DNA of 64,000 nucleotides. Source: Trichinella spiralis. Its lineage: Eukaryota. Below the pieces are notes generated by a model. It worked only from the letters and a program-made list of their open reading frames with translations. It was not told the origin of the DNA and did not search any database. The stretch is taken from NCBI RefSeq assembly GCF_000181795.1, contig NW_003526940.1, forward strand, positions 1,879,854-1,943,853, written 5' to 3'. The translations under genes and the position numbers were made by a program. This document shows positions 13,219 through 33,157 of this stretch, in pieces. Numbering within the stretch: the stretch's first letter is position 1; the number at the start of each line of letters is the position of its first letter.

Positions 13219-16200
13219 CATGATATTTATGAAAATGAAAAATATTTAACAATCTTGACGTGAAATATTTTTTAAAAAAAAGGAATTTCATTTTCAGTTA
13301 TTATTGCATGCTCAACTTGGGTGGGGCATTTTTCACAACATTTGTATCTTTTTCATATTTTGAGATGGAATATGAAAATGAAAGGTATACACTGCTGCAT
13401 ATTAGCATGCTAAAACAAGCGATAAAACAAAGCAAATTTGTGTATACTTTCACGATCCGTTTGAAATGAATTGTTGAGATTGTTTTCCCTTCCTCCCCCA
13501 CCCGGATCGACAGAAAAATTTTATTTTATTAGCATTGATTTGCAATTGGAATAATTTTAATGCAGTTGTTTATTAATGTTTGCCATTTTTTTTCATTCTA
13601 TTCAATTCTCGGTCTATTGTACAGTAAGCAAACAAATTTTTTGATAAAGTAAACCAGTAATTTTCATTTCATCAATAATAATAATAATAATGAAGAAACG
13701 TTTTATTAAAAAAATATAATAATTTTTCTATTTCACTTTCATTTGATCATATCTTGAAGTTTAATTATTCCCGCTTGGGCAATTGACAAAAATCAATTTC
13801 CATATTTGTTGGTAACAGTTATAAAACAACTGGAAAAAATTGTTTAAAAGTATTACAATTTACAATATCTGCAACTGAAGATATTATTATTTTAAAAAAT
13901 GATTCATATTTAAATAATAAATGCATTTATTAGAACTGTTTGAACATTTGGAAAATTTCTGACGCTCGCTTGATGACTAGGCTCGGCTAAGCTGAGTTAA
14001 ATTAGCTAAAAAGCGTGGGCAAGTTTCACGTCACATTCAACGTTTTAAACAAAATATCACAATTCAAGCTTTGGTGTGCTATTTTCTTTTTGTTTCAAAT
14101 GTGCAATTTTCAATCATCGCTGCAAAGCTTAAATGATAAACAAACGCTGCTTACGTGATTTCTTTTTTATTTTTAATTTAAATAAAATATTATTTCAATT
14201 ATCAATAATAGTTTTAAAAGATTGTTAATCTTTTACAGTAATCCACGAAATTAAAAAAAACATAATTTCTTTTTCCTCAGTTCAATTCTAATTGATAAAT
14301 TAGGACGCGTAGGCGGAAAGAATTTTAAACAACGACGCAATCAACAAACCGTTTTAAAGAATTAAAAAAAATAATTTTAATATTTTATCAGTTATTTTTA
14401 TTTTAATAATAAATTTCTGTTGAAATTCAAAAATAAGCTCATTTTGATAAGTTTTTCAAGTTAGACTTTTTGGTGATTTTCAAAATTCTAACTGCACGTT
14501 TACAGCGTCTTCTGCACTGCACAAACAACCAGTTGATTGCAAACAGAATGTAACGTGAATAATGTTTGCTCATCGAAAGCATCTTGCTATTTATCTTTGA
14601 CAATCTTATCAATATGATAATTATAATAATGGAATGTTTAAATTATGAATTTCATTTTCCAGAAAAAATATTAATATTGGAAATTCAAACAAATTTTCAT
14701 GCAAATTTCTACATTTGAATTATTTTCAAAAAAAAATTAATAAAAAGGAAATTTTAAATGAGAAAATTTTCATCAACTACCGTCGATCGGTTGTTTCGAT
14801 GCATTTGATTTAGTGTTTGTTGCAATTTATTGAATAAAAAAATGTACACTTGTAAATTTAAATAATGCATCGTCTTCTTTTAGAAAATTTATTTCTGTTA
14901 TTGACTGCTGGCAAAACCAAAATAAATTAAAAAAATATTTTTTGCAATAATGAATAAAAAAATTGATTTTCATTTCATAGAAAAAAATACGTATAATATG
15001 TAGCTGTTATTATTATTATTATTCTAAGTGCTATTTTAATCATTAAAAATATTTATCAATTTCTCATTTGAATGAATAATTTTAAAAAAGCTTCAAAAAT
15101 GAACACACGCTGCGGGTGTTTTGTCAATCATCCGCTGCTCTGATAATTTAAATGCGGAAATAATAACTCGACATTAAATAAACATAAATATTTGCTCTAA
15201 TAATAATAATAATTCCTGGTTTTTTTAAAGAAAATATATTTTCGCGTGCATTTGTGCAAAGATTTCACAGTAATAAAAGCATTAGCATTTTGGGGCTAAA
15301 CATTTATTTATGTAGTAAAGTTGTGATATTTTGAAAAGCTTGCGATATGACTATTATTATTATTGTTGTTGTTGTTATTCAACTTGATGCATACTGAATG
15401 CAATTTCAAAGCGAAACTATTTAAAATGATTTGAAATCAGCCATCGATTGCTTCACACTGGTCTGTGATAATATTTATCAGCTTGCATGTCAATTGTTTT
15501 CACTTGTCATTTCCCCATTTCAATGTGTATAGATATATAAATATATTTGCATATGCATCTCCTCGGTGTGGCGTTTGTGTGTGTGTTTATGTTAACAGAA
15601 AACATCATTTCCAGCTCAGATTAAAATATTTTCACAATCTGATGCTCAGGATGAATATGCAAACAATTTTTTTTTATCAATTTTATTTTTACAATCTACT
15701 GTTGAAAATTATTCGACAAAAAACATAATTAATAGAATTATGTTTTTGAATATTTTCCAACAGTATTGTTGTTCGAGTGAAGTTTTTTTTTGTTTTACAA
15801 CTTGACTGATGTTAAATTATTTTTGTCGCATTAATTGCTGTAAACAATTACAAATTATATTATTGTTCATTGAACGATTGTTGAAAGTATAAATAAATTG
15901 ATATTGATTGATTAGGAATTGAATTTATACTGTCGTATTATTATTATTATTATTGTTATGAATTTATGGCCAAAAAAAATAAATGAATTTCCACTACAGA
16001 TTTATGACCTTTCAAATCGATAGCCGCAGCCTAATGGAAATGCGACTTTGATCTTTTGACTTTTCTCAATTGTTGAGTTTGATCTTTTTTTTCACTCCTT
16101 CGACAATGTTTATTTGTTATGTGATTTATTTTAATAATATTTTTCTTTTTCCGAACAAAAAAGAAAAATTTATGGATAGTAATAATAATTGAATTATATA

Positions 16201-19200
16201 AAATGAAAGGAAATTATTCGAAACAGAACGATGAAATGAAAAACAAAACAATTTTGTAATGAACGTTTCGCCTTTGTCATGTAGAAGATAGTTTTTATTA
16301 TTATGCGAAATTCAATTTCACGTTTATATTTAAAATGAGAAATTATTAAATTTTCAACAACTTTAATATTGACCAAATAATTTACAGCAGAAATTTGAAT
16401 AAAGTACAAAAATATTGTTGTTTCAATGTTGTGTTGTTGTTGTTGTTGTTGTGGTTGTTGATTTCATTTATTTTAAAAATTTTCCGCTATCCATCTATTC
16501 GGGAAGCCATATTTGGCGGTTGATCTGTTCATTGGAACCTCTTGATTAAGCCGAGACCTCTAATTGACGAACAGCAGTTGATTTAAATAGATTAACGCTT
16601 AACAAGCGCCTATATGAACTGAGCGGATTCACAGGACCGCCCACTTATGGGCTGGTCGATCGTCTGAGCTTCAAGATAACTTGATCACCGCGATCAGTTT
16701 TAAAAAGCTTCGTTACGCTTGATGATCGATTATTATTTATTTGGGCAGTTCGATCGAGAGCAGCTTAATTGATTTCAACCAGGCTGCTGCATGTTCCTCT
16801 TATTAAAATGGCAGCTCAAGCTGAAGCTGAGAGAGACACTTTCCGGCTGACCGGAAAATTGGACAAATTAAATAGTAAAGAAGCAGAATCTGAGGGTTGA
16901 AATGGTGGTCAATTGAACATCCAATGCAATCCGAACTACAAACGCGCTCACAATTCTCTTACTTGACAAAGTTTGACAAAGTTCCACTTCCACATTGTAC
17001 AGACAAAAAAACCTGTATTTTCCACTTTTCCAAAACAAAGGCCACGTCATCAAAAAAGTACGTTCCAACAGTAAGACTGTATTTTTCAAGTTGTACTGTA
17101 ATTAGAAAAAAAAGTTTCACCCCTACACTCAGTGGAAAAAAAACAATTTCCACTTTTAATTTTTTATCATAAAAATATTTCCTAAACGTGTTTTGCAAAT
17201 ACTTGTTTTTTTTTTATAATTAATAAGGTTGAAATTAATTTTGTCATTTTTAATCAATCACATCAACATGATAGCATCAACAACTCTTAACTTGCTCTTA
17301 ATTTTTATCAAAAGAACTTTTTCAATTAAACTCTTCAAAAAAGTATTCATTGCAGAATTTCAGTTTCTTCCTTGTTCAAATTTCGAATAAAGTGAAACAT
17401 TTTCATTGAACATGCTCAATCAAATAAAAATAAATATCAATAATTAAACAAATAAATAATTTATTTATTAACATTTTAAAAATTATTTTCATTTTGTGAA
17501 ACAATTGTATACAACTCGATTCAATGTCACGATTGCATTTGTCCAATTTATCGTGCAATCATCATAATTTCTTCATTCGGTTACGCATATTCAGAATAAA
17601 TGACTAATCACGCATCCGTGATAGGTAATAAATATCACTTTTCACATTTTTATGCAAATCTATACAACATAAATAATAATAATTTCATACTGTAATGAAA
17701 TTGACATTTCAACTTTGGTTTGGTCAAATTGAGTAATATATGTTTTTTATAATAATATATATGCACTAGTTGATGACTGTGGTTGTCAATTTTCGGCATT
17801 TTGCAAAAGCGATCTCTTAATTCGTGCATTATTCAGAACTTATTTGTCTGTTTTGCTCTACAAAATAAATTTAATACAATTTCTTTGAACTGGAAATGTT
17901 CAGTTTTTGTATTAATCAAAAGTGAACACTTGTCATTGAAAATAGCATACATGAGAACAAATAATGCGAATGATTTTGTGCAAATTTCTACTCTCTCATT
18001 CTCATCTGTGAAGGTAAGGTTAATTTAATGAAAATAATTATTTTTTAATTCACTCGCGTCATAATGTAAGTTTTACAAGTTGAATTTCCGATTTGATACA
18101 CTTCTCAAGTCAAAGCATTTGGATAGAAATAAAATTTTTGTAAATTACCAATAACATAAACGGATATTCAAGTGATATTCAACTTTATAATTTCCATAAC
18201 CTCGAAAACAATTGTATATTGCAAATTTGAAAAAGAATTATAGCAACAATTTTCAAAAAACACATTGTTATTTTTAATAGTTTATTGGTCATGATTACTA
18301 TAATGAGAAATAATAATGAATTTATACATTTTTTTCCTTCGATAAATTTGAAATCTTTTTGTTGTTGTTTTTTATTAACCAAATTGTCAATTCATATTCA
18401 AAAAAAATAATAATGATATCATTCCCTATATCATAATAAAGTATTCAAATTTATGAACTAATTTTTTTCAGTTCTTTTTTTAGATATCTTGTTTTCATGA
18501 TAAAATACATATTTCTATTTTATAATTTACTAATTTTATTCCTTACATGTGTTTAAAATAATAAATTATATTTGAAATACACTGATTTATGATTTATGTT
18601 TTAAAAAATCAAATAAATATAACTTATTTAAAGGATACTGACATTCTGAAAGCTCATTTAATATTTTTAACGTTCCTCAGATTGTGTTTTAAATAACCAA
18701 TGCTATAAAGTTGAACTGTACAAGCAGCTTTTTAATTGCAATGTTTAATTTCATTCAAATGATGAGTTAGCACAAGTTGTTTTGTTGATTTTTCTTTCTT
18801 TTCAATTGCCCTGTTAGCAATATTAGCAATAATTGTAAATTTTATGAAAACAGCAGTCACATTTTTAATATCCTTAATAAATTAGTTCATTAACGTAACA
18901 GATTAATGGAATGGAACATTTGATATTGAAAAATGCAATATATCTGAGAAAATTTGATTATTTTACTTACTGATCATGTTTATTTTCATGTGAGTTTATA
19001 ATTTTGCAGATGAACATCAATTCTGAATCTATTATGTGTATATCACTGTTTGTTGCTCTTTGTTTTTAATTCAATGCATTTGCATGTCAATTTATTAAAA
19101 TTTCTAAATTGGAGAAAATTTCATGAAACTTTTTAAAATGTTGCTCAATGTTATCATGCAGTATTAACACTGATTTTTCACATTCTATTTTGTTAGCACT

Positions 19201-21169
19201 TGCTTCTTTGAAGTGCGTCTAAACATTTTTTACTTATTAAATAAATATATAATCATAAATTCATAGACATTAAAATAAATATGATATGATACATGTGTAT
19301 TTTAAAAAATCAAAAAGTTGCACATTATTCTTTAGATTTGATACGTACATTTCTTTTGTAAAAATTAATTTTCAATAATTTTCAAAGTGATAAAGTTAGT
19401 ATAACAGCACTTTTCAAATGACATTGCGTTGAATCGATGGATTTTGCTTGCGAGGGAAAGGTTGCATGCCAAAATTTTGCACATCTAATGGATCGCATGT
19501 CAAAGTACACAGAAACAAAAGTCTAGCTGAGGAACAAGCAGCTTTTATGAGAAAGCTGACTCCGTTTTACAAATAAATTTGCATTTCAACTGTGCAGAAT
19601 AATTTGTCATTTTTACATAGAGATACGGATCAAATGACACATTGCAACGCTCTTTTTTGACAAATATTCCATTTTTCCCGATTGCAGTAAAATGGGAAAA
19701 GATTTTGATGGAAAAATTAACTGTTTAAATATATTTTAAAGCATACTTAATTTTATTTTAAAACTATTTGACAAAGTTGTTTAAACATCTTTACTCAATA
19801 AAATAATACAGTAGTAAGTAATATATATATTTTGAATTTTTAATTGACTGAATTACTAAAATATATTCCTATAAATTTATTACATCACAATTTAATCAAT
19901 GATCTACTTATTTTCTTTTTCTAAAATTCAAATATTTTTTAATAAAAAATTTTCCATTTAAATGATGCTGTTTTTTGCATTTTAAAAATTCAGCTTACGT
20001 AAGTGAAAAGTATACGAAACTGAATTGAATAATCAATTTTTTATTTTTGAAAAATACGTTATTACTCACGCTGATAATTATTAATTATTTTATAATAGTT
20101 ATTAAAAATGAACATCAACGTGGTATAATTTTAAAAATATCTTGACGTTTTCCAGTGATATTTTTCAAAATGATGCTGTCAAATAGAAGTGGTGCTTCTT
20201 TCTTGAACCAAGTTATAATTTTTCCCAGAAAAAGCACTGATGATAATTTTGACACTTCGTATAATGATGACGTGTTTTTGTTTTTATTATTTTTTTATTC
20301 ATAAAAATAAAAAATTTTCACCTTAAAACTTGCTTGTAGGCTTTAAGTTTTAGTTACTATCCGTGATTTGATCAATCACTGATCACCAATCTATATGCTT
20401 ACTGTTTACAATTTGAATATTTCATGCTATTGTTGTTTTCATTCAATTTCAATTGCGGCTAACTTGACACCAACCAATATTAAAAGTAGGCTAATATGCT
20501 GAGAGCTGTTCTAATCAGTATTATCTCACTCGATTAACCTGATTCCAATGAAGCTTTGAGCGAAGTTTATAAAGTTTATATTATTTTGAATGAATCCAAT
20601 ATTTCAGTTATTTTTTTGATAAGCACTTTCCCTATTGAACATAATCTCATCTGCATTGTTCTGTTGTTTGGTTTGTTGAAATTTATTCTTTTTCGTTTGG
20701 CTTAATATAAATAATGTGAATGGTAAATTGGTTAATATCTGATACATATCTTTCAAAATTTGATGTTTAACATTTGTTTGGTTGAAAATTTTATTAGTTA
20801 CAACCTAATAATAGATGAACTTAGTTAGACAAATTGTATTAATTTAAAAATGCGTGGCAAAACTTAATTTCTCTTTAATGTAATAAAGTTATTTATATTT
20901 AGCTAATACCAACAAATATCACGAGCAAATTAAATTATATTAAGAGTAATTGAATTTAAAAGAAAAAACAATTGCATTTTGCAATATTTAGAATGTTAAT
21001 TATAATTTATTTAATTTGATTTTGATGAAATAACTTATAATGTTGAACTTGTGCTTTCAGCAACTTTACCATTAAGTAATATAGCAATAGAAGAAGAAGA
21101 AGTGATTACAACGCCGGAAGGAAACGTCATTAGAAACAAAGCTAATATAACTGGCTGATTGCTAGAAAA

Positions 21170-28434
<7,265 letters not shown>

Positions 28435-29267
28435 TACAACTGCCGCCAATTTTTACATTTTTGCTTTTTCATTCATTTGCACAAATCAATTGTGTAATTT
28501 GTCAAGAAATTTTTTGTTTATCATCATTTACTTACTTCATTCATACTGTACAGTGCAAACACCACAACGCTTTTTTTTTGCTTTGACATGTTCTTCAGTC
28601 AGCGGCACATCGAAAATTGTTTTCTTGCAAAATTGCTACTAAATTGATTATTCCAGAAAAGAGAACCAATCTTCCAAACTATTTATTTGTACATGTTTTC
28701 TCTATATTTATTTTTTGTATTTATAATACCGTTCATTTCATCACTCATCATCATCACTTTTCATTACTATTCTTTTGTAATCTTGTCAAATTAAACTAAA
28801 AAAAGCGATCCTTTCATTCATGCTGTGAACATTACATGATAAACATTAATTTCATTAAAAGTTTACTTGTACGGCTGGTCTGGCAAGTGATAGCACATTT
28901 CATTTATTCGAGCTTTTTAGGAATTGATCATTTATTTCAATTTAATTTCATCCTTTTTCGTTCAATTATATTATTGCCCTGCAACACTGACCAGAGAAAT
29001 AAATAACGAATGCATTCATCGTTCAACTTGCTTGCTCTACAAGCATTTAAATCAAGCAAACTATTCAAATATAAATTACATTTTATAACGTAATTCTGCT
29101 ACATTTGAGAAAAAAAATTTATAAAAGATTACAAAATCTATTGCCATATAGCGCTAACCTGATGCCATATGCATAAACAACTGATATATATATATATAAA
29201 TATCAACATCAATATTTAATTTAAATGTACTTTCAAGAAGAGTTAAATAACCCAGTTTAGCAGCTTG

Positions 29268-30318
29268 TTAAATCGACGTCGTCGAAAGAAAAATTTTGCC
29301 AATGAAAAAAGTTTTCTCTTCTAACGACATCAGCAGTTCGCATTTTAAATTATATTGCCTTAAGAGAGGTTCGATCGTCCAGTTTGAGCTAAAAATAATT
29401 TCAAACAAAAACAATTATTTAAAAATATTGCAATTTTAACAACGTGCATAAAGCTCTGGTTCTTTATCAATTACCAGTTGAGTAAAATTCAAACAAAACT
29501 ACTCATTTTATATTGTCAAACTGCACTCAATTCAAGAGCAACTCATAAATATATCGCTGTTTGTTGTTAAACTTTAAAATTATAATGCAAGATTGAATTT
29601 CCTAAATACAGCTTTTATGTCAAATATTAGTGTAATTCATTATAAATTAATTGTACAAGTTAGAACGCATTATATAATGTATTATTGAAATTATATTTCA
29701 AGCATAATTTAAATTCGAACAATACAAAGTAAATAAATGACTTTCTTTCGATTTTGGTAAGAAAAGTAAGCACAGGCATCAGGATTTCGTTCTAACAGAA
29801 CAGATATAGTGAATGCAACGTCTTCAAATACTAAAAATGAATCATTAAGATTTTGTTGAATTGTATAGCTATTTACTTACCATTTGGATCGTAAAAGCAG
29901 TCTGATAATAGTAAAATGTCAAATGAAGGCAAACTAAAAAGGTTATCATCGGCAACACCCCAAATCAGAGTTCTGTACTGTGTATGCTCAGAGACACCAT
30001 TGATCATGCAGTTTTGAAGAGCTAAGTTTTTAACTGTACCATTTTTAGAGTGATCTGTTAATATAACAAATTTAGCATCACATTTAGCAGCCACAATAGA
30101 TACTAAACCGGTTCCAGCACCTAACTAAAGATAACATTGAAATGGAATGAATCTATTTTACAAAAAAAATTACTGATAATAACCTCTAGGATGGTTTTCC
30201 CACGAAAAGCTTCGATGTTTGAAATGATATAACTAGAAAGCACTTCTGCACAAGGCCATACATGAAGACCATAATCTTCTTCCTTTTCGCCTTTGGTCCA
30301 TTTTGATGCTGTTGCCAT
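29268..30318 (-). CDS. METTL23: METTL23-like (Methyltransf_16 family) protein methyltransferase; exons 30318-30184, 30124-29881, 29830-29746, 29388-29268
   Basis: Motifs YGLHVWPCAEVL, ILE/LGAGTG (SAM motif I), VILTD, LIWG, FDILLLSDCFYDP, FEDVAFTISVLLERNP and YQNRNSNWTIEPLL (METTL23 as recalled: YQVRSADWSLEALL). The last intron needs a GA donor to keep frame. Start codon is tentative. Confidence 0.88.
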
Positions 30319-31296
30319 TATAAAGCAAATGAAAAAAATTTCATTTAACTTCACTTTGCATATACTAAAATGCATACATAAAACAAATTAATAATAATCA
30401 TCTTCCACAACTTTTGAGAAAAATTATTTACGATTTCACCATAAACAATTTATTAATAGTTTTATGAGATAAATATATTAAAATACACTAAATATTAAAA
30501 TACATTCAATTAACGTAAAGAGAAACACAAGCATGTTCTGAAAATTTTTTATTTCCCGTATATTATCTATGTAATGACCACTTTTTAAGCTCAGAATTAA
30601 AAAACGCATGAAACAGATTCTAGTACTGCAAAAATTAATTTAAACTTAAAACAAAATATGAAAACGTACTGTTAATTACTGTAGCGACTTGTTTTAGCAT
30701 AGAACTTACTTGTCAGTAAATACAGTAAAAAGTAGTTGATAAAGTGTTCTTGTTAGAAAAAAGTAATGTGAACGTATGAAGTTCACTGTAACTCTTTGTT
30801 GTACACTGTTACTTATTCGTATATTAATATTTGTTAATAAAATAGCCATATCGATACCAAAAGTCGTATAATAAAAAAAATTGCTCCATAGTAGTTGATC
30901 ATTTGACTGAAAAGAGATTTCTATTTTTGATGAATCGAGAGCAAATCGATAAAGATGAGTCATCTTCCCGCCAAATATTAAGATTTGCGTATTTACCTGA
31001 GCATCAAAATAGAAATTTCTTGAACGCAGTTATCAGCTATCTTACTGTAGTCAAAAAATATAGAACGTTTGCAAAAACAGATAATTATTTATAAGACTGT
31101 ATAATATATTTAAAATTATCTTAATGTAATGAAATAATTTTTAGCAAAATTCTATAATCTTTTTAGTGTCAACTGTTCTTTATGTAGAATTAGATTTTCA
31201 GGTAGGTTTACTGTATTAACGTGTTGTCAATCAACAGTAAATTTGTGTACTTCGTTTTGGCAACGGTGGCTTTGTGTGACGCTTGTTTCGTGCGAG

Positions 31297-33157
31297 ATGG
31301 GTACTCGTGTTTATGTTGGTCGTATTCCTTACAGAGCAACTGAAAGGGATATAGAAAAATTTTTTCGTGGTTTTGGTCGAATAAGAGAAATATTTCTGAA
31401 GAATGGTTATGGTTTTGTTGAATTTGAACACACCGAAGATGCAGATGACGCTTGTTATGAATTGAACGGCCGGGAAATGTTTGGTGAACGGTAAGAATTG
31501 TTTTTTTATTGTTGATTCTTTCTTTTCTAAATTAAACTTTTGTGAATTTTAGATTGATAGTTGAGATTGCCCGCGGAACTCCACACGGTCGAGACCGCTA
31601 TGGTTGGCGTCAGTCGTATAGAGTTCGAAGTGATAGATATGATCGGAGGTTTGTCAGTTGCGCAAAGCTTGTTGCTTGTTGTTAAATGTGAATTTGAACA
31701 TTGAAAGTTTTGTATTGTTCATCTGAAATTTGGAAATGGGGGGGGATGGTTATCTGTCGAATTTGATTTTTGAAATTTGCTGTGCGAGAAGCTGCTTTCC
31801 TGTTGTCGTTTTATCCATTTAAAATTTTTGTGAACTTTTTAAGATGGGAGATTTAATTTTTTTTTTTGTAATTTTATTTAGCATTAATTTTTAAATTTCG
31901 AATAATTTTACATCTAATTTACTATTTTTAAGTGGACACAATGGTTGTTAGCACTCACCTGCGATCCATTCATTGCCCATTTTCAATGTGTCAAAACTTC
32001 GTTTGATGCAAACTTATCAAGTGCGGACACCAATCTTATCGGCTCACACATTTCCTTGTTTTCAGTGATATTCGACCCAAATCATATCATCTTTCAAATA
32101 TGGTTCCGTGTATAGAGCAGACGTCGTTGCGAATTCACCAACTGCAGTTGATGAACCAACCACAATATTTTATTCAGTACCAGATAATTTATGGTGCTTA
32201 AAAATTTATTTGTGCACGTCTCGTGTATGCGGTCTCTTTAAATTACAGTTTGCGGTTTCGTGAATTTTAGGAAGGGAAAGTTTTCTACTAGACAGAACGC
32301 TTTATGTGATTTGTGTACGAAGTTTAACAGAATAGGTCTTCTATTTTAGGTGCATCTTGAAACTTTTATTTAGGGCGCATTAGATGGCAAAATGATAATT
32401 GCTTTTCTGTAAATTAATTGGTTTGATTCTTAATGTATACAGAAAAGTGATTGAACGTAGTTGATTTACTTTGAATTAGCTCCATCATCAGTACGTGATT
32501 GCCGTTGAAAATCGAGTCCAGTTTGTATGGATAATCTTATTATTATTATTATTATTATTTAAGTGTATTATTAAGTCAATATTAAACAGAAGAAAAGAGG
32601 GGATAGTGATTTCACGAAACCGCAGTTGAAGCTCACCTTTTTAAATGAAAATTTATGTGAAACTTATAATTTAATTTAACAAGCGAATAGTAATAATATG
32701 AACTTTTACAGACGGTCTAGGAGTCGTTCTCGATCTCGTTCTCGTAGACGCAGTCGATCACGAAGGTGAGTCGAATTAATTATATATTTGGTATACGTTG
32801 TCAGAGTAAACATTTGGCGTTTAGTCGTGACCGTCGTCGACATCGTCGCGAGAGCGTGTCGTTGAGTAGATCTCGAAGTCGAAGTCGATCGCGTTCAGCT
32901 CCGCCACGTCGTAAATCCGAAAGTCCAGGAGAAGATAGTAATTGCAAATCTCCGGAACGTGAAAGAAACGGAAACGGAGATAACAACTCTGTGCGCTCTG
33001 GTTCTGCTGAACGAGGCGGAGGCTATTCGGAAAGTGCATCGACACCACGATCAGCTGTGGGCGCGGAAGATGTAAGCATGTTTTATGATTGGTGATGTCG
33101 TTTTCTTAACAGTCTGTGGTTTTATAGAATGGCGAGTTTGAAGATGAACGAGAATAA
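31297..33157 (+). CDS. SR splicing factor with SRSF4/5/6 (B52, rsp-1/rsp-2)-type RRM1 and RS domain but no RRM2; exons 31297-31490, 31553-31648, 32712-32765, 32825-33071, 33128-33157
   Basis: MGTRVYVGRIPYRATERDIEKFFRGFGRIREIFLKNGYGFVEF..DADDACYELNGREMFGERLIVEIARG is the SRSF4/5/6-type RRM1, followed by RS dipeptide repeats. All junctions are GT-AG and in frame. Confidence 0.92.
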
